In this document: positions 27,013 through 37,159 of the stretch, in pieces
How positions within the stretch are numbered: the stretch's first letter is position 1
Layout of the letters: every line of letters starts with the position of its first letter
From: Halarcobacter sp.
Lineage (GTDB): Bacteria; Campylobacterota; Campylobacteria; Campylobacterales; Arcobacteraceae
Assembly: GCA_963676565.1 (NCBI GenBank)
Contig: OY781089.1
Location: 2,592,001-2,656,000, forward strand
Direction: 5' to 3'
DNA length: 64,000 nt
Notes under the pieces: model-generated
Told to the model about the DNA's origin: nothing
The model's database searches: none
What the model saw: only the letters and a program-made list of their open reading frames with translations
Program-made: the position numbers and the translations under genes

Positions 27013-29342
27013 ATTATATAAATATACTTGGAGCTAGTGGAACAAAAACACAATCTACAGGAACAACCTCATTTCAAATTTATAAAAATATCATAATTGA
27101 TGCAGGAAATGTAATAAAACCTCTAGGGGAAGAGGTTTTAAACATAAATCATATATTCCTAACCCATACCCATTCTGACCATATTATAGATTTACCTTTT
27201 ATTATTGAAAGTTTTTTCGAACAAAGAAAAGAACCTTTGACAATATATGGTTCAAGTCAAACTATTCAATCTTTAAAAAATCATACATTTAACGATGAAA
27301 TATGGCCTGACTTTTCAAAAATAAAACTTATAAATTCAGAAGAGTTTTCTATAAAATACCAAGTTATAAAAGAGAATGAAACCATAAAAATTGATTCATA
27401 CAGTATAACTCCTATAAAGGCAAACCACATAGAAGGAGCCTTTGGATATGTTATTGAAAAAGCTAATCTAGACTCATATTTTATTAGTGGTGATACTTAT
27501 ACAAACCCTTTGATTTGGGAAACAATAAATACTAATAAAAAAATAAAATCATTAATTATAGAATGTTCTTTTCCAAATAAGTTTGAAAAATTAGCTCACG
27601 AGAGTAAACATTTAACCCCAAAACTTTTAAAAGATATAATTTCAAAAATCAATAGAGATGATGTACAAATATTTATATATCATTTAAAACAATCCTATAA
27701 AAAACAATTAATTGAAGAGATTGAAAATTTAAATATTTTATCAAATGGCGGAAAAATTTTAGCAGATGGGGATGTTATTCATCTAGAAACAGGTGAAACA
27801 CAATCTAAAAACATAAGTCATGATAAGTTTGATAGAATAATGGAAATCAACAAAGAACTTTCATCACAAGTTGATAAAGACAAATTATTTGAAATGATTT
27901 TATCATTAACAAGGGATTTGACTAATTGTGAAGCTGGTACTTTATATATTGTTACAAAAGATAGAAAAAGCTTAGAGTTTAAAGTTATTCAAAATGATCC
28001 TTTAAATATAAAAATGGGAAATTGGGAAAAACCTATTTCATGGAATTCTTTACCAATTTACTTAGATGATGGAAAAGAGAATATAGAAATGGTTTCTGTT
28101 GTATCTGCATTAGAAAAAAGAATTATTAATATTCCTGATGTATACAACTGTGAAGATTATGATTTTGAAGGAACAAAAAAATTTGATAGTTCTTCAGGTT
28201 ATAGATCAAAATCTATGTTAGTTATCCCTTTAGTTAATCATGAAGAAGATGTTATTGGAGTATTACAGCTAATAAATAAAACTACCTTTTCACATGATGA
28301 AATTATCCCTTTTAACAAAGAAGATGAAAATATATTAAAAGCATTAGCTTCTCAAGCTGCTATGGCCTTAACAAATTCATTTTTAATAAACAGTTTAGAA
28401 GAGTTTCTAAACTCATTCGTAACAACAATTGCCCATGCAATTGACGCAAAATCAAAACATACAAGTAAACATATAGATAAGGTTGCAAAAATAGCTATCT
28501 ATTTAGCAAAATCTATTCATAAAGATAATACTATCTATAAAGATGTAAAATATAGTGAAAATCAATTTAAGCAAATTGAACTTGCCGCTTGGATGCATGA
28601 TATAGGTAAAATTTCCATGCCTGAATCAGTAATAGATAAAGGTACAAAACTCCAAACTATTTTTGACAGAATTGAAAATATAAAAGAAAGATTTGAAATA
28701 ATAAAAAGAGATTTAGAAATCTCCTATTTAAAAAATGAAATTTCAAAAGAGAATTATCTAGACCAAATTAAAAAAATAGATGATGATTTTACTTTTTTAC
28801 AAACTGCAAATATTGGTGGAGAATTTATGCAAGATAAAGATATTGAAAGGATTGAAGAAATCTCTAAATTTCAATATATAAAAAGAGGCGAAGTCTGCAC
28901 AATCTTAACAGAAGATGAAGTAAAAAATCTATCAATAAGAAAAGGTACTTTAAGTAAAGAAGAAAAAGACATTATGAACAGTCATGCTCAATTAACCCTT
29001 GATATGTTATCAACTCTTCCTTTCCCTAAAAAATACAAAGATACCCTAAATATTGCTGTAAATCACCATGAAAAGTTGAATGGAAAAGGTTATCCAAGGG
29101 GACTTAATGAAAAAGATTTAAGTCTTGAAGATAGAATCATGATACTTGCAGATATATTTGAAGCATTAACAGCAAGTGATAGACCATATAAAGAAGGTAA
29201 AAAATTATCTGAAGTATATAAAATCCTTTCATTTATGGTTAAAGATAATGAAATAGATGGAAAACTTTTAGAGTTTTTCTTTGAAAGTGACGCCTTTAAA
29301 AAGTATATTAGTGAAGAACTAAAACCAAATCAAATAGATTAG
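27009..29342 (+). CDS. MBL-fold hydrolase + GAF + HD-GYP phosphodiesterase fusion
   Basis: THTHSDH (HxHxDH), GAF segment SMLVIPL...GVLQLIN, MHDIGK, HHEKLNGKGYP, DRPYK. Confidence 0.85.
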   Translation: MNYINILGASGTKTQSTGTTSFQIYKNIIIDAGNVIKPLGEEVLNINHIFLTHTHSDHIIDLPFIIESFFEQRKEPLTIYGSSQTIQSLKNHTFNDEIWPDFSKIKLINSEEFSIKYQVIKENETIKIDSYSITPIKANHIEGAFGYVIEKANLDSYFISGDTYTNPLIWETINTNKKIKSLIIECSFPNKFEKLAHESKHLTPKLLKDIISKINRDDVQIFIYHLKQSYKKQLIEEIENLNILSNGGKILADGDVIHLETGETQSKNISHDKFDRIMEINKELSSQVDKDKLFEMILSLTRDLTNCEAGTLYIVTKDRKSLEFKVIQNDPLNIKMGNWEKPISWNSLPIYLDDGKENIEMVSVVSALEKRIINIPDVYNCEDYDFEGTKKFDSSSGYRSKSMLVIPLVNHEEDVIGVLQLINKTTFSHDEIIPFNKEDENILKALASQAAMALTNSFLINSLEEFLNSFVTTIAHAIDAKSKHTSKHIDKVAKIAIYLAKSIHKDNTIYKDVKYSENQFKQIELAAWMHDIGKISMPESVIDKGTKLQTIFDRIENIKERFEIIKRDLEISYLKNEISKENYLDQIKKIDDDFTFLQTANIGGEFMQDKDIERIEEISKFQYIKRGEVCTILTEDEVKNLSIRKGTLSKEEKDIMNSHAQLTLDMLSTLPFPKKYKDTLNIAVNHHEKLNGKGYPRGLNEKDLSLEDRIMILADIFEALTASDRPYKEGKKLSEVYKILSFMVKDNEIDGKLLEFFFESDAFKKYISEELKPNQID

Positions 29343-29359
29343 GTTATAATAACTTTATT

Positions 29360-31534
29360 ATGAACAAAAAAAATCTATTAAAAAAATTTATGATTTTTCT
29401 AGGTTTAGGAGTTTTCCTAAGCTTTATAATTTCTACAATATATATCAATTTTGATAAGCTTCCAAACTCTATAGATAATCGACTAAGAGACTATTTCTTT
29501 ACTCTTAGAGGAGAGATACCACATGAAGATAATATTGTAATTATTGATATTGATGAAGCATCATTAAAAGAAGTAGGACAATGGCCTTGGTCAAGACCTA
29601 AGGTATCTCAATTATTAGAAAATCTTACAAATATGGATATAGGCTTAATTGCTTTTGATATGGTTTTTGCTGAACCAGATAAAAGTTCACCCCATAGAGT
29701 ATTTAAAAAATATGGTATCACAAAGGAAAATACTCCTAACTATGACCTAATTTTAGGAGATACTGTTGCAAATACTCCTACAATATTAGGGTATGTTTTT
29801 GAATTTAAAGATAATGAATATATAAATAAAAAAGCTCCTCAAATCCCTGCAATCTTTATAGAAAAGAATAAAAAACTAGGAGATGACTTTTTATTAAAAG
29901 CAAAAGGGGCTATTATAAATGTACCTGAGGTTCAAGAAAAGGCATATACGAGTGGTTTTTTCAATAATATACCTGATGAATCAGGGGTAATAAGAAGTGT
30001 CCCACTTATAATCTCTTATGAAGATATGATATACCCATCTCTAGCTTTGGAAGTTATACGTTTAATTTCCAAAACTAAAAAAGTTGTTGTCAACTATGAT
30101 GAGTATGGAATAGTTAATATAAAACTAAATAATTTAACAATTCCAACGGATAGATATGGAAGACTTTTAATAAACTTTAGAGGTAAATCAAAAAGCTTTA
30201 AATATTATTCTGCAAAAGATATTTTAAATGGTTCAATTAGGAAAAAAGAACTTGAAGGGAAAATTGCACTAATTGGGACTACTGCAGTTGGACTATTAGA
30301 TCTTAGAGCAACACCTTTTGAATCAGTTTATCCAGGAGTGGAAGTTCATGCCAATGCAATTGACAATATTTTAACTGGTGATTTTTTAGCCAAAGAATCA
30401 TGGGTTGATGGTGCAAATATCTGGATTATATTTTTCTTAACAATCTTAACTGTTCTCTTAATAACATATTTACCCTTTTGGTTAAACCCAATTATTACCC
30501 TTTCATTACTAGGAGGAACAGTTTTAATTCTTTATACTTTATTATTTACCTATGGTTTAGTTTTAAATATATTTTTTCCACTTTTAACAATTGTTATTGC
30601 AGCCATAGTTGTAACTTTATTTGATTATTTTTATGAAATAAAAAAAGAAAAAGCAATAAAGAAGAAATTTGCTTCTAAAGTTTCTGCATCAGTTATGGAT
30701 AACCTTTTAAAAGATATTGATAATAATGAATTCCAAGCAGAAGAAAAAGAGGTAACAGTCTTTTTTAGTGATATTAGAAACTTCACGAATATCTCAGAAC
30801 AAATGGATGATGCAAAAGGACTTATTGAATATCTTAATGAGTATATGGAGCCAATGAGTAATATAATTACAGAATATGAAGGAACAATAGATAAATATAT
30901 TGGGGATTCAATAATGGCTTATTGGAATGCTCCTGCACAAGTAATAAATCATGCAGACAAAGCTGTTACTGCTTCACTTAAACAAATAAAACAACTTGTT
31001 CCACTAAATAGAAAACTAAAAAAAGAAAAAAAACCTCTTATTGATATGGGTATAGGTATTAATACAGGAAAAGCAATTGTAGGTGAAATGGGGAGTAAAG
31101 GTAGAAGTGATTACACAGTAATTGGAGATGCCATTAATCTTGGAGCAAGATTAGAATCACTATGTAAATTTTATGATTCTAAACTCAACATTTCAAATTT
31201 TACAAAAGAGCAACTAAAAGATAATTATACTTTTAGATTTCTTGACTTAGTAAAAGTTAAAGGAAAGAAAAAGCCTGTAGAGATATGGCAAGTAATTGAC
31301 TTTGGAGAAGCTAAAGGAGAACTAAAAGAAGAGTTAGCACTTTATAACAAAGCGATTAATCTTTATAAAGAATCAAACTTCAAAGAAGCATTAAAAATCT
31401 TTGAAGAACTAGAAAGCTATGATAAAAAAACAAATAAAAAAATATATGAAATTTATATAAATAGATGTAAAGAGTTTATAGTTTCACCTCCAACTGATTT
31501 TAACGGTATTTATGAACATCATACAAAAATCTAA
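29360..31534 (+). CDS. CHASE2-domain class III adenylate/guanylate cyclase
   Basis: IDIDEASL..GQWPWSR and PGVEVHA (CHASE2), three TM segments, FSDIRNFT, DKYIGD, DYTVIGDAINLGARLE. Confidence 0.92.
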   Translation: MNKKNLLKKFMIFLGLGVFLSFIISTIYINFDKLPNSIDNRLRDYFFTLRGEIPHEDNIVIIDIDEASLKEVGQWPWSRPKVSQLLENLTNMDIGLIAFDMVFAEPDKSSPHRVFKKYGITKENTPNYDLILGDTVANTPTILGYVFEFKDNEYINKKAPQIPAIFIEKNKKLGDDFLLKAKGAIINVPEVQEKAYTSGFFNNIPDESGVIRSVPLIISYEDMIYPSLALEVIRLISKTKKVVVNYDEYGIVNIKLNNLTIPTDRYGRLLINFRGKSKSFKYYSAKDILNGSIRKKELEGKIALIGTTAVGLLDLRATPFESVYPGVEVHANAIDNILTGDFLAKESWVDGANIWIIFFLTILTVLLITYLPFWLNPIITLSLLGGTVLILYTLLFTYGLVLNIFFPLLTIVIAAIVVTLFDYFYEIKKEKAIKKKFASKVSASVMDNLLKDIDNNEFQAEEKEVTVFFSDIRNFTNISEQMDDAKGLIEYLNEYMEPMSNIITEYEGTIDKYIGDSIMAYWNAPAQVINHADKAVTASLKQIKQLVPLNRKLKKEKKPLIDMGIGINTGKAIVGEMGSKGRSDYTVIGDAINLGARLESLCKFYDSKLNISNFTKEQLKDNYTFRFLDLVKVKGKKKPVEIWQVIDFGEAKGELKEELALYNKAINLYKESNFKEALKIFEELESYDKKTNKKIYEIYINRCKEFIVSPPTDFNGIYEHHTKI

Positions 31535-31598
31535 TTTTCTATTTTATTTATTTTTTTTTGATATAATAATTTTTAATTAATCAAAATGAGACCTATGC

Positions 31599-33173
31599 AT
31601 GAAAAAAAAACTTTTTTTATTTTTTTTATTAACAACTTTAGTTTATGCTAAAAATTATACTCTGTATCTTACTTCAACAAATTCTTTAGAATCAGCAAAA
31701 GAATATTATGAGAACATTAAATTTCATACTCCTGATTCTTTTGATACAATAATTCATCAAAGAGACGATAAAAGTTATACCCTATTAATAAAAGATATAG
31801 AGACTTTAGAAAAAGCAAAAAAAATTCAAAAGCTTCTTTATTTAACAACTAATTACCAAGACAGCTACATAAAAGCTTTTGATAAAAAACCTAACTACAA
31901 TGTAATTCAAATAAAAAATGAAGAAATAAAAAATGAAGAACCATATAAGCAAAACCTTGAACAATCTAATAAATATATAACTGCTGCAACAATGTACAAT
32001 GCAGAGCAGTTTGAGAAATCTTATGAACTTTTTAATAAACTTTTTTTAGAGAATAACTACAATCTAAATGTAAACTATTTTTTAGCAAAAAGTGCTTTTA
32101 AAATAAAAAAGTATGATGAAGCTATGGCTGCATACGAAAGGGTTTTAATAATAAAACCTGATTTCAACCAAGCAAGATATGATTATGCTAGAATATTATA
32201 TAAATTAAAACAAAAAAAAGAAGCCAAAATTGAATTTAATAAACTTCTTTCTTCTAATATAAATCCAGAAATTAAAACTGAAATATCAAAATACTTAGAA
32301 GTTTTAAATAAAAAGATGAAAGGTAGTGCAAATATTATTGTAGGCTTTAGTAGAAGTACAAATATAAATAATGGCCTAGTATCTCCTGAATATAGACTTC
32401 CTGGACTAAATGATATATTAGTTAAAGGGGAGGATCCAATTTCAGATACTGCACATAATGAAATATTAGATTTAAACTTCTATAATTATTTTAAAGATGA
32501 TGAAATGAGATTAAAAAACTCATTTTTAGTTTACAATAAAAGCTATTTTAATGAAAAAGATGAAAACATAACTTTACTATCATATAAACCTTCTTTATCT
32601 TATTTAGACAAAAACTACCTATATGCATTAGGTTTTGGTGTTGAAAGGATAATAAAATCAAACGAAGATTTTAATTCTTTTTTTATTAGCCCTCAAATTA
32701 CAAATAAAGACTTCTTAATATATTTAAAATACCAAAAAGTACAATATATAAGTGAAGAAAACAAAGAAAAAGACTTTAATAAAATTCAATTATTTGGAAA
32801 AATAAATTTGTTTAAATATATGAACTATTATACAAATCTATATAAAAATATGCGAGATAAAAATATACGAACAGATATAGATAAATATACAATAGGAAAT
32901 GGATTAAATCTTTTTTATATGATTGACAAAGATAATAAAATTAATTTAAAATATCAATTTAACTATAGTAAATATAAATACGAAAATGATTTCTTTGGAA
33001 CAAAAAGAGAAGACAAACAACATTTAGTTGAATTATCTTTAAACCATGCACTAAATAAGAGTAGTTTTATAAATATAAATACTTCATATATGAAAAATAA
33101 TTCAAATCAAGATGCATATGTCTATGATGAAACAGCGATTAACTTAAATTACCTTAAAGCTTTCAGGTGGTAA
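31599..33173 (+). CDS. TPR + outer-membrane beta-barrel protein (Slam/DUF560-like) with SPOR-like N-terminus
   Basis: Signal peptide; TPR AMAAYERVLIIKPDFNQARYDYARILY; Tyr/Asn-rich beta-strands; aromatic C-terminus (AFRW). Confidence 0.65.
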   Translation: MKKKLFLFFLLTTLVYAKNYTLYLTSTNSLESAKEYYENIKFHTPDSFDTIIHQRDDKSYTLLIKDIETLEKAKKIQKLLYLTTNYQDSYIKAFDKKPNYNVIQIKNEEIKNEEPYKQNLEQSNKYITAATMYNAEQFEKSYELFNKLFLENNYNLNVNYFLAKSAFKIKKYDEAMAAYERVLIIKPDFNQARYDYARILYKLKQKKEAKIEFNKLLSSNINPEIKTEISKYLEVLNKKMKGSANIIVGFSRSTNINNGLVSPEYRLPGLNDILVKGEDPISDTAHNEILDLNFYNYFKDDEMRLKNSFLVYNKSYFNEKDENITLLSYKPSLSYLDKNYLYALGFGVERIIKSNEDFNSFFISPQITNKDFLIYLKYQKVQYISEENKEKDFNKIQLFGKINLFKYMNYYTNLYKNMRDKNIRTDIDKYTIGNGLNLFYMIDKDNKINLKYQFNYSKYKYENDFFGTKREDKQHLVELSLNHALNKSSFININTSYMKNNSNQDAYVYDETAINLNYLKAFRW

Positions 33174-33197
33174 AATAATTTCTATAAGGACATTAAT

Positions 33198-34556
33198 ATG
33201 AGTACTTTACCTATTAAAATAATTTTTTTAACCCTGTTGTTCTTTTCAACATCTGTTTTTGCAAATGTTGCAAAAGTTGTAGCTCTTGTAGGTAATGCCA
33301 CAATTGAGCGTGAAGGGAAAACAATTGATCTTACAAAAAAATCTATACTTTTAAAACATGATGAGATAAAAACATCAGATAACACAAAGGTACAATTATT
33401 ATTTAAAGACAATACCATTATTTCTATAGGAAACAACTCTACATTTCAAATATATAACTATCTTTTTGATGAAAAGAATAATAAATTTGAAGCAAAATTT
33501 AATATGTTAAAAGGAACATTTAAAACAATCACAGGAAAAATCGGGAAAAAAGCTCCTGAAAATTTTCTACTTAAAACAAAAACTGCATCTATTGGAATTA
33601 GAGGTACACAAATTGTATTAAGTATTAAAGATGGTCAAGAAAAGATTTTTTGTACAGAAGGTAGAATTTTTGTTCAAAAAAATAATTCAAATTTAAGTAC
33701 ATCTGTAAATGCTGGTCAATTTATATCAGTTAGTGAAAATACAAATAAACTTGAAGTAAAAACTATAAAACCAAGTGATATTAAAAATATAAATAAAAGT
33801 ATTACAATTAAAAGTAATCTAGCTGTAGATAATATCACTGTAAAAGATGAGACGCCTGAAAAAGCAGAAAAAGCAGAAAAAGCAGAAAAAGCAGAAAAAG
33901 CAGAAAAAGCAGAAAAAGCAGAAAAAGCAGAAAAAGCAGAAAAAGCAGAAAAAGCAGAAAAAGCAGAAAAAGCAGAAAAAGCAGAAAAGCCTGAGAAAAT
34001 TGAATCAACTGAATCAACTGAATCAACTGAATCAACTGAATCAACTGAATCAACTGAATCAACTGAATCAACTGAATCAGCGGAATCAGCAGAGTCTACC
34101 ATAGAAAATAGTATAGATGATGATTTATCTGAACTTACTCCAAAATCATATTTTGAAAACAATAACTCAACGGCAACATATAAAGGGGATTTTAATAGTT
34201 ATGGTTTTAATAATGGACAACAATATCTAAAAAATGTTAATAATAGAAAAGTTGAAATTCCAACTGATACCACTATTAACATGGATATAGATTTTGGGAA
34301 AACAAGTGATCAAATATCAAATGGTGAAATTAAAATAAATGATGTTGGAGATAGTACCTCTAGGACATTAACATTTGATGGAAGTATTGATACTTCAAAA
34401 TCAACTTTTGATTTATCACCAACTGGAACTACAGAAGGAAGTGGTGGCTCTGGTAAAATTTATGGAAATGAAGCAGACTTAATCAAAGGTGAAGTAAATA
34501 TGAGTTCATCTGATAATATTCAAATCAAAGGTAACTTCGACGCAGAAAAACAGTAA
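33198..34556 (+). CDS. FecR-domain secreted protein with repeat linker and TbpB-like C-terminal barrel
   Basis: FKDNTIISIG, TASIGIRGT (FecR); (EKA)14/(EST)8 linker; C-terminal GKIYGNEADLIKG...GNFDAEKQ. Confidence 0.75.
   Translation: MSTLPIKIIFLTLLFFSTSVFANVAKVVALVGNATIEREGKTIDLTKKSILLKHDEIKTSDNTKVQLLFKDNTIISIGNNSTFQIYNYLFDEKNNKFEAKFNMLKGTFKTITGKIGKKAPENFLLKTKTASIGIRGTQIVLSIKDGQEKIFCTEGRIFVQKNNSNLSTSVNAGQFISVSENTNKLEVKTIKPSDIKNINKSITIKSNLAVDNITVKDETPEKAEKAEKAEKAEKAEKAEKAEKAEKAEKAEKAEKAEKAEKAEKPEKIESTESTESTESTESTESTESTESTESAESAESTIENSIDDDLSELTPKSYFENNNSTATYKGDFNSYGFNNGQQYLKNVNNRKVEIPTDTTINMDIDFGKTSDQISNGEIKINDVGDSTSRTLTFDGSIDTSKSTFDLSPTGTTEGSGGSGKIYGNEADLIKGEVNMSSSDNIQIKGNFDAEKQ
33858..33983 (+). 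repeat. Tandem repeat (GAAAAAGCA)x14
   Basis: Perfect in-frame 9-bp repeat encoding EKA. Confidence 0.95.
34002..34073 (+). repeat. Tandem repeat (GAATCAACT)x8
   Basis: Perfect in-frame 9-bp repeat encoding EST, followed by degenerate copies to about 34100. Confidence 0.95.
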
Positions 34557-34720
34557 ATAAGATTTATTATATTATTCAATTAATTTACAACATAAATTAG
34601 ATACAATTTATACTTAACTGAATGTACTTTATTATTGTATAGACAAAATTATCTTATACTTATTTAATAGTCTAATACAAACTACTCAAGAAACATTATC
34701 TAAGGAATTAATTAAATAAA

Positions 34721-36673
34721 ATGGCACTAATAGACTTACAAAACATTACAAAACAATATGATATAAAAGTTATTTTAAAAGATGCAAACTTCACTCTAAC
34801 TCAAGGTCAAAGAATTGCAGTTATTGGGCAAAATGGACAAGGAAAATCTACACTTTTTAAGATAATTATGGGACAAACTGAACCAGATTATGGTGAGATT
34901 TCAATTGATAAATCTTTAAAAATTGAGATGCTTGACCAACAACCAAAATTTGAAGCAAACCTAAAAGTTAGAGATGCAATTGAAGCACAACTTACTGAAT
35001 TAAAAGCTGCAAAAAAAGAGTATGAAGATATAACAGCTCAAGTTGCCTCAGATTATGAAAATCAAGATTTATTAAAAAGACAAAGTGAACTTGCAACCTT
35101 TATTGATTTTCACAATGCTTGGGATTTAGATAATACTATTGAAAGAGTTTTAAAAGAGTTCAAACTAAAAGAGTATGAAAATAAAGATGTAAATCTTTTA
35201 AGTGGAGGGGAACAACGAAGAGTTAGTCTTGCTGGCTTACTTTTAAAAAAACCAGATGTTTTATTATTAGATGAACCTACAAACCACCTTGATGTTTATA
35301 TGGTTGAGTTTTTAGAAAGTTTACTTTTAAAAAACAACTTTACCCTACTTTTCATCTCTCACGATAGATACTTTATTGATAATATCGCAACTTCAATCGT
35401 AGAAGTTGAAGGGGGAAATCTTAAAAAATTTAATGGTGGATATTCTTCATATTTAGAACAAAAGCAACAACTTCTCGAAAATATGCAAAAAGACCATGAA
35501 AACTTACTAAGACTTGTAAAAAGAGAAGCCCACTGGATGCAACGTGGTGTTACAGCTAGAAGAAAAAGAAATGAAAGAAGAAAATCTGAATACTTTGATT
35601 TAAAGAAAAAAGCTAAATCTAATCCTGCAGCTATTAAAAAGATGTCGCTAGAACTTCAAAGGGAACAAAAAGCATTTAATAGTGAAGAGAAACAACAAAA
35701 CAAAAGAAAAATGCTTTATGAACTAGACAATATCAAAAAATCTTTAGGTGACAAAGAACTAATAAACGACTTTACAACAAGAATTTTACAAAAAGATACA
35801 ATAGCAATTGTTGGTCCAAATGGAAGTGGAAAATCAACTCTTCTTAAAATCTTTATGGAAAAACTAAAAGTTGATGCTGGAAGATTTAAAAAAGGTGATT
35901 TTAACATTGGATACTTTGACCAACAAAGAGAGATGTTAAATGATGACAAAAACCTAATGGAAACTTTTTGCCCAAATGGTGGAGATAGAGTTGTCTTAGA
36001 TGATGGGCGAAACATGCATGTTTATGGCTACTTGAAGAACTTCTTATTTCCAAGAGAATACCTTGATAAAAAAATTGGCGTATTAAGTGGTGGAGAAAAA
36101 AACAGAGTTGCCCTTGCCCTACTTTTTACAAAAAAAGTTGATTGTTTAATTCTTGATGAGCCTACAAATGACTTAGATATCCCAACAATCAATATTTTGG
36201 AAGAGTACTTACAAAACTTTCAAGGTGCCTTAATTTTTGTATCTCACGATAGGTATTTTGTAGATAAAATAGCAAAAAAACTTTTTGTTTTTAAAGGTTA
36301 CGGAGTTGTTGAAGAGAGTTTCCAAGCATATACTGAATATTTAGAAATTGAAAAAGAATTAAAAGATTTAGAAGATTTAGAAAAAGAATCATTAAAAAGT
36401 GAAAATAATACTAAGCAAATAAATACTCCTAAAAAACAAAATAAACTTTCTTATAAAGACCAAAGAGAATATGATAGTTTACCAAAAGAGATTGAAGAAC
36501 TTGAAGAAAAAATTGAAGAGATTAATCAATGTCTTTCTAATCCTGAATGTTACGAACAAAGAGGTATCGTAGCAGTCTCTAAAGAGTTAGAAGAGACAGA
36601 AGCTATTTATGAAGTAAAAGTTGAAAGGTTTTTGGAATTGGAAGAACTAGTTGAAAGCTTTAATTCCAAATAA
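34721..36673 (+). CDS. uup: ABC-F family ATPase (Uup-like)
   Basis: Two ABC domains (GQNGQGKST, LSGGE, LDEPTN), no TM segments, C-terminal KLSYKDQRE coiled coil. Confidence 0.85.
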   Translation: MALIDLQNITKQYDIKVILKDANFTLTQGQRIAVIGQNGQGKSTLFKIIMGQTEPDYGEISIDKSLKIEMLDQQPKFEANLKVRDAIEAQLTELKAAKKEYEDITAQVASDYENQDLLKRQSELATFIDFHNAWDLDNTIERVLKEFKLKEYENKDVNLLSGGEQRRVSLAGLLLKKPDVLLLDEPTNHLDVYMVEFLESLLLKNNFTLLFISHDRYFIDNIATSIVEVEGGNLKKFNGGYSSYLEQKQQLLENMQKDHENLLRLVKREAHWMQRGVTARRKRNERRKSEYFDLKKKAKSNPAAIKKMSLELQREQKAFNSEEKQQNKRKMLYELDNIKKSLGDKELINDFTTRILQKDTIAIVGPNGSGKSTLLKIFMEKLKVDAGRFKKGDFNIGYFDQQREMLNDDKNLMETFCPNGGDRVVLDDGRNMHVYGYLKNFLFPREYLDKKIGVLSGGEKNRVALALLFTKKVDCLILDEPTNDLDIPTINILEEYLQNFQGALIFVSHDRYFVDKIAKKLFVFKGYGVVEESFQAYTEYLEIEKELKDLEDLEKESLKSENNTKQINTPKKQNKLSYKDQREYDSLPKEIEELEEKIEEINQCLSNPECYEQRGIVAVSKELEETEAIYEVKVERFLELEELVESFNSK

Positions 36674-36706
36674 GCTATAATTTAAAATAATTTAAAAAGG
36701 TTATAA

Positions 36707-37150
36707 ATGAGTTTAAAACAAACATTAAAAGATGATTTAAAAACAGCAATGAGAGAAAAAAACATTGTAAAAAGAGATTCTATTAGAGCGATTAATACAA
36801 TGATAAAACAAATTGAAGTTGATGAAAGAAAAGAATTAGATGATTCAGAGGTTTTAAAACTTATTCAAAAGGGAATAAAACAAAGAGAAGAAGCAGTAGT
36901 TCAATATAAAGAGGCTTCAAGAGATGACTTAGTTCAAAAAGAACAAGAGCAAATTGATGTTTTCAAAGAATATATGCCAAAACAATTATCTGATGAGGAA
37001 CTTGAAGCAGGTATGAAAGAGCTTATTGCAGAACTTGGTGCAACATCAATGAAAGAGATGGGTAAAATCATGGGGCAAGCAAGTAAAAAGTTTGCAGGTA
37101 TTGCCGATGGTAAAAGAATAAATGAAATGACTAAAAAACTTTTAGGTTAA
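36707..37150 (+). CDS. GatB/YqeY domain protein
   Basis: DLKTAMREK, KQREEA, YMPKQLS, MGKIMG. Confidence 0.9.
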   Translation: MSLKQTLKDDLKTAMREKNIVKRDSIRAINTMIKQIEVDERKELDDSEVLKLIQKGIKQREEAVVQYKEASRDDLVQKEQEQIDVFKEYMPKQLSDEELEAGMKELIAELGATSMKEMGKIMGQASKKFAGIADGKRINEMTKKLLG

Positions 37151-37159
37151 AAATTTAAA

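Noticed and set aside
31602..31630. A and T homopolymer runs at the start of the TPR/barrel gene as a phase-variation switch
   Set aside because: Such runs are common in this AT-rich genome and fit a Lys/Phe/Leu signal peptide; the frame is intact.
33716..34162. ORFs 33716-34162(-), 33835-34071(-) and 33847-34104(+)
   Set aside because: Shadow frames kept open by the stop-free 9-bp repeats.
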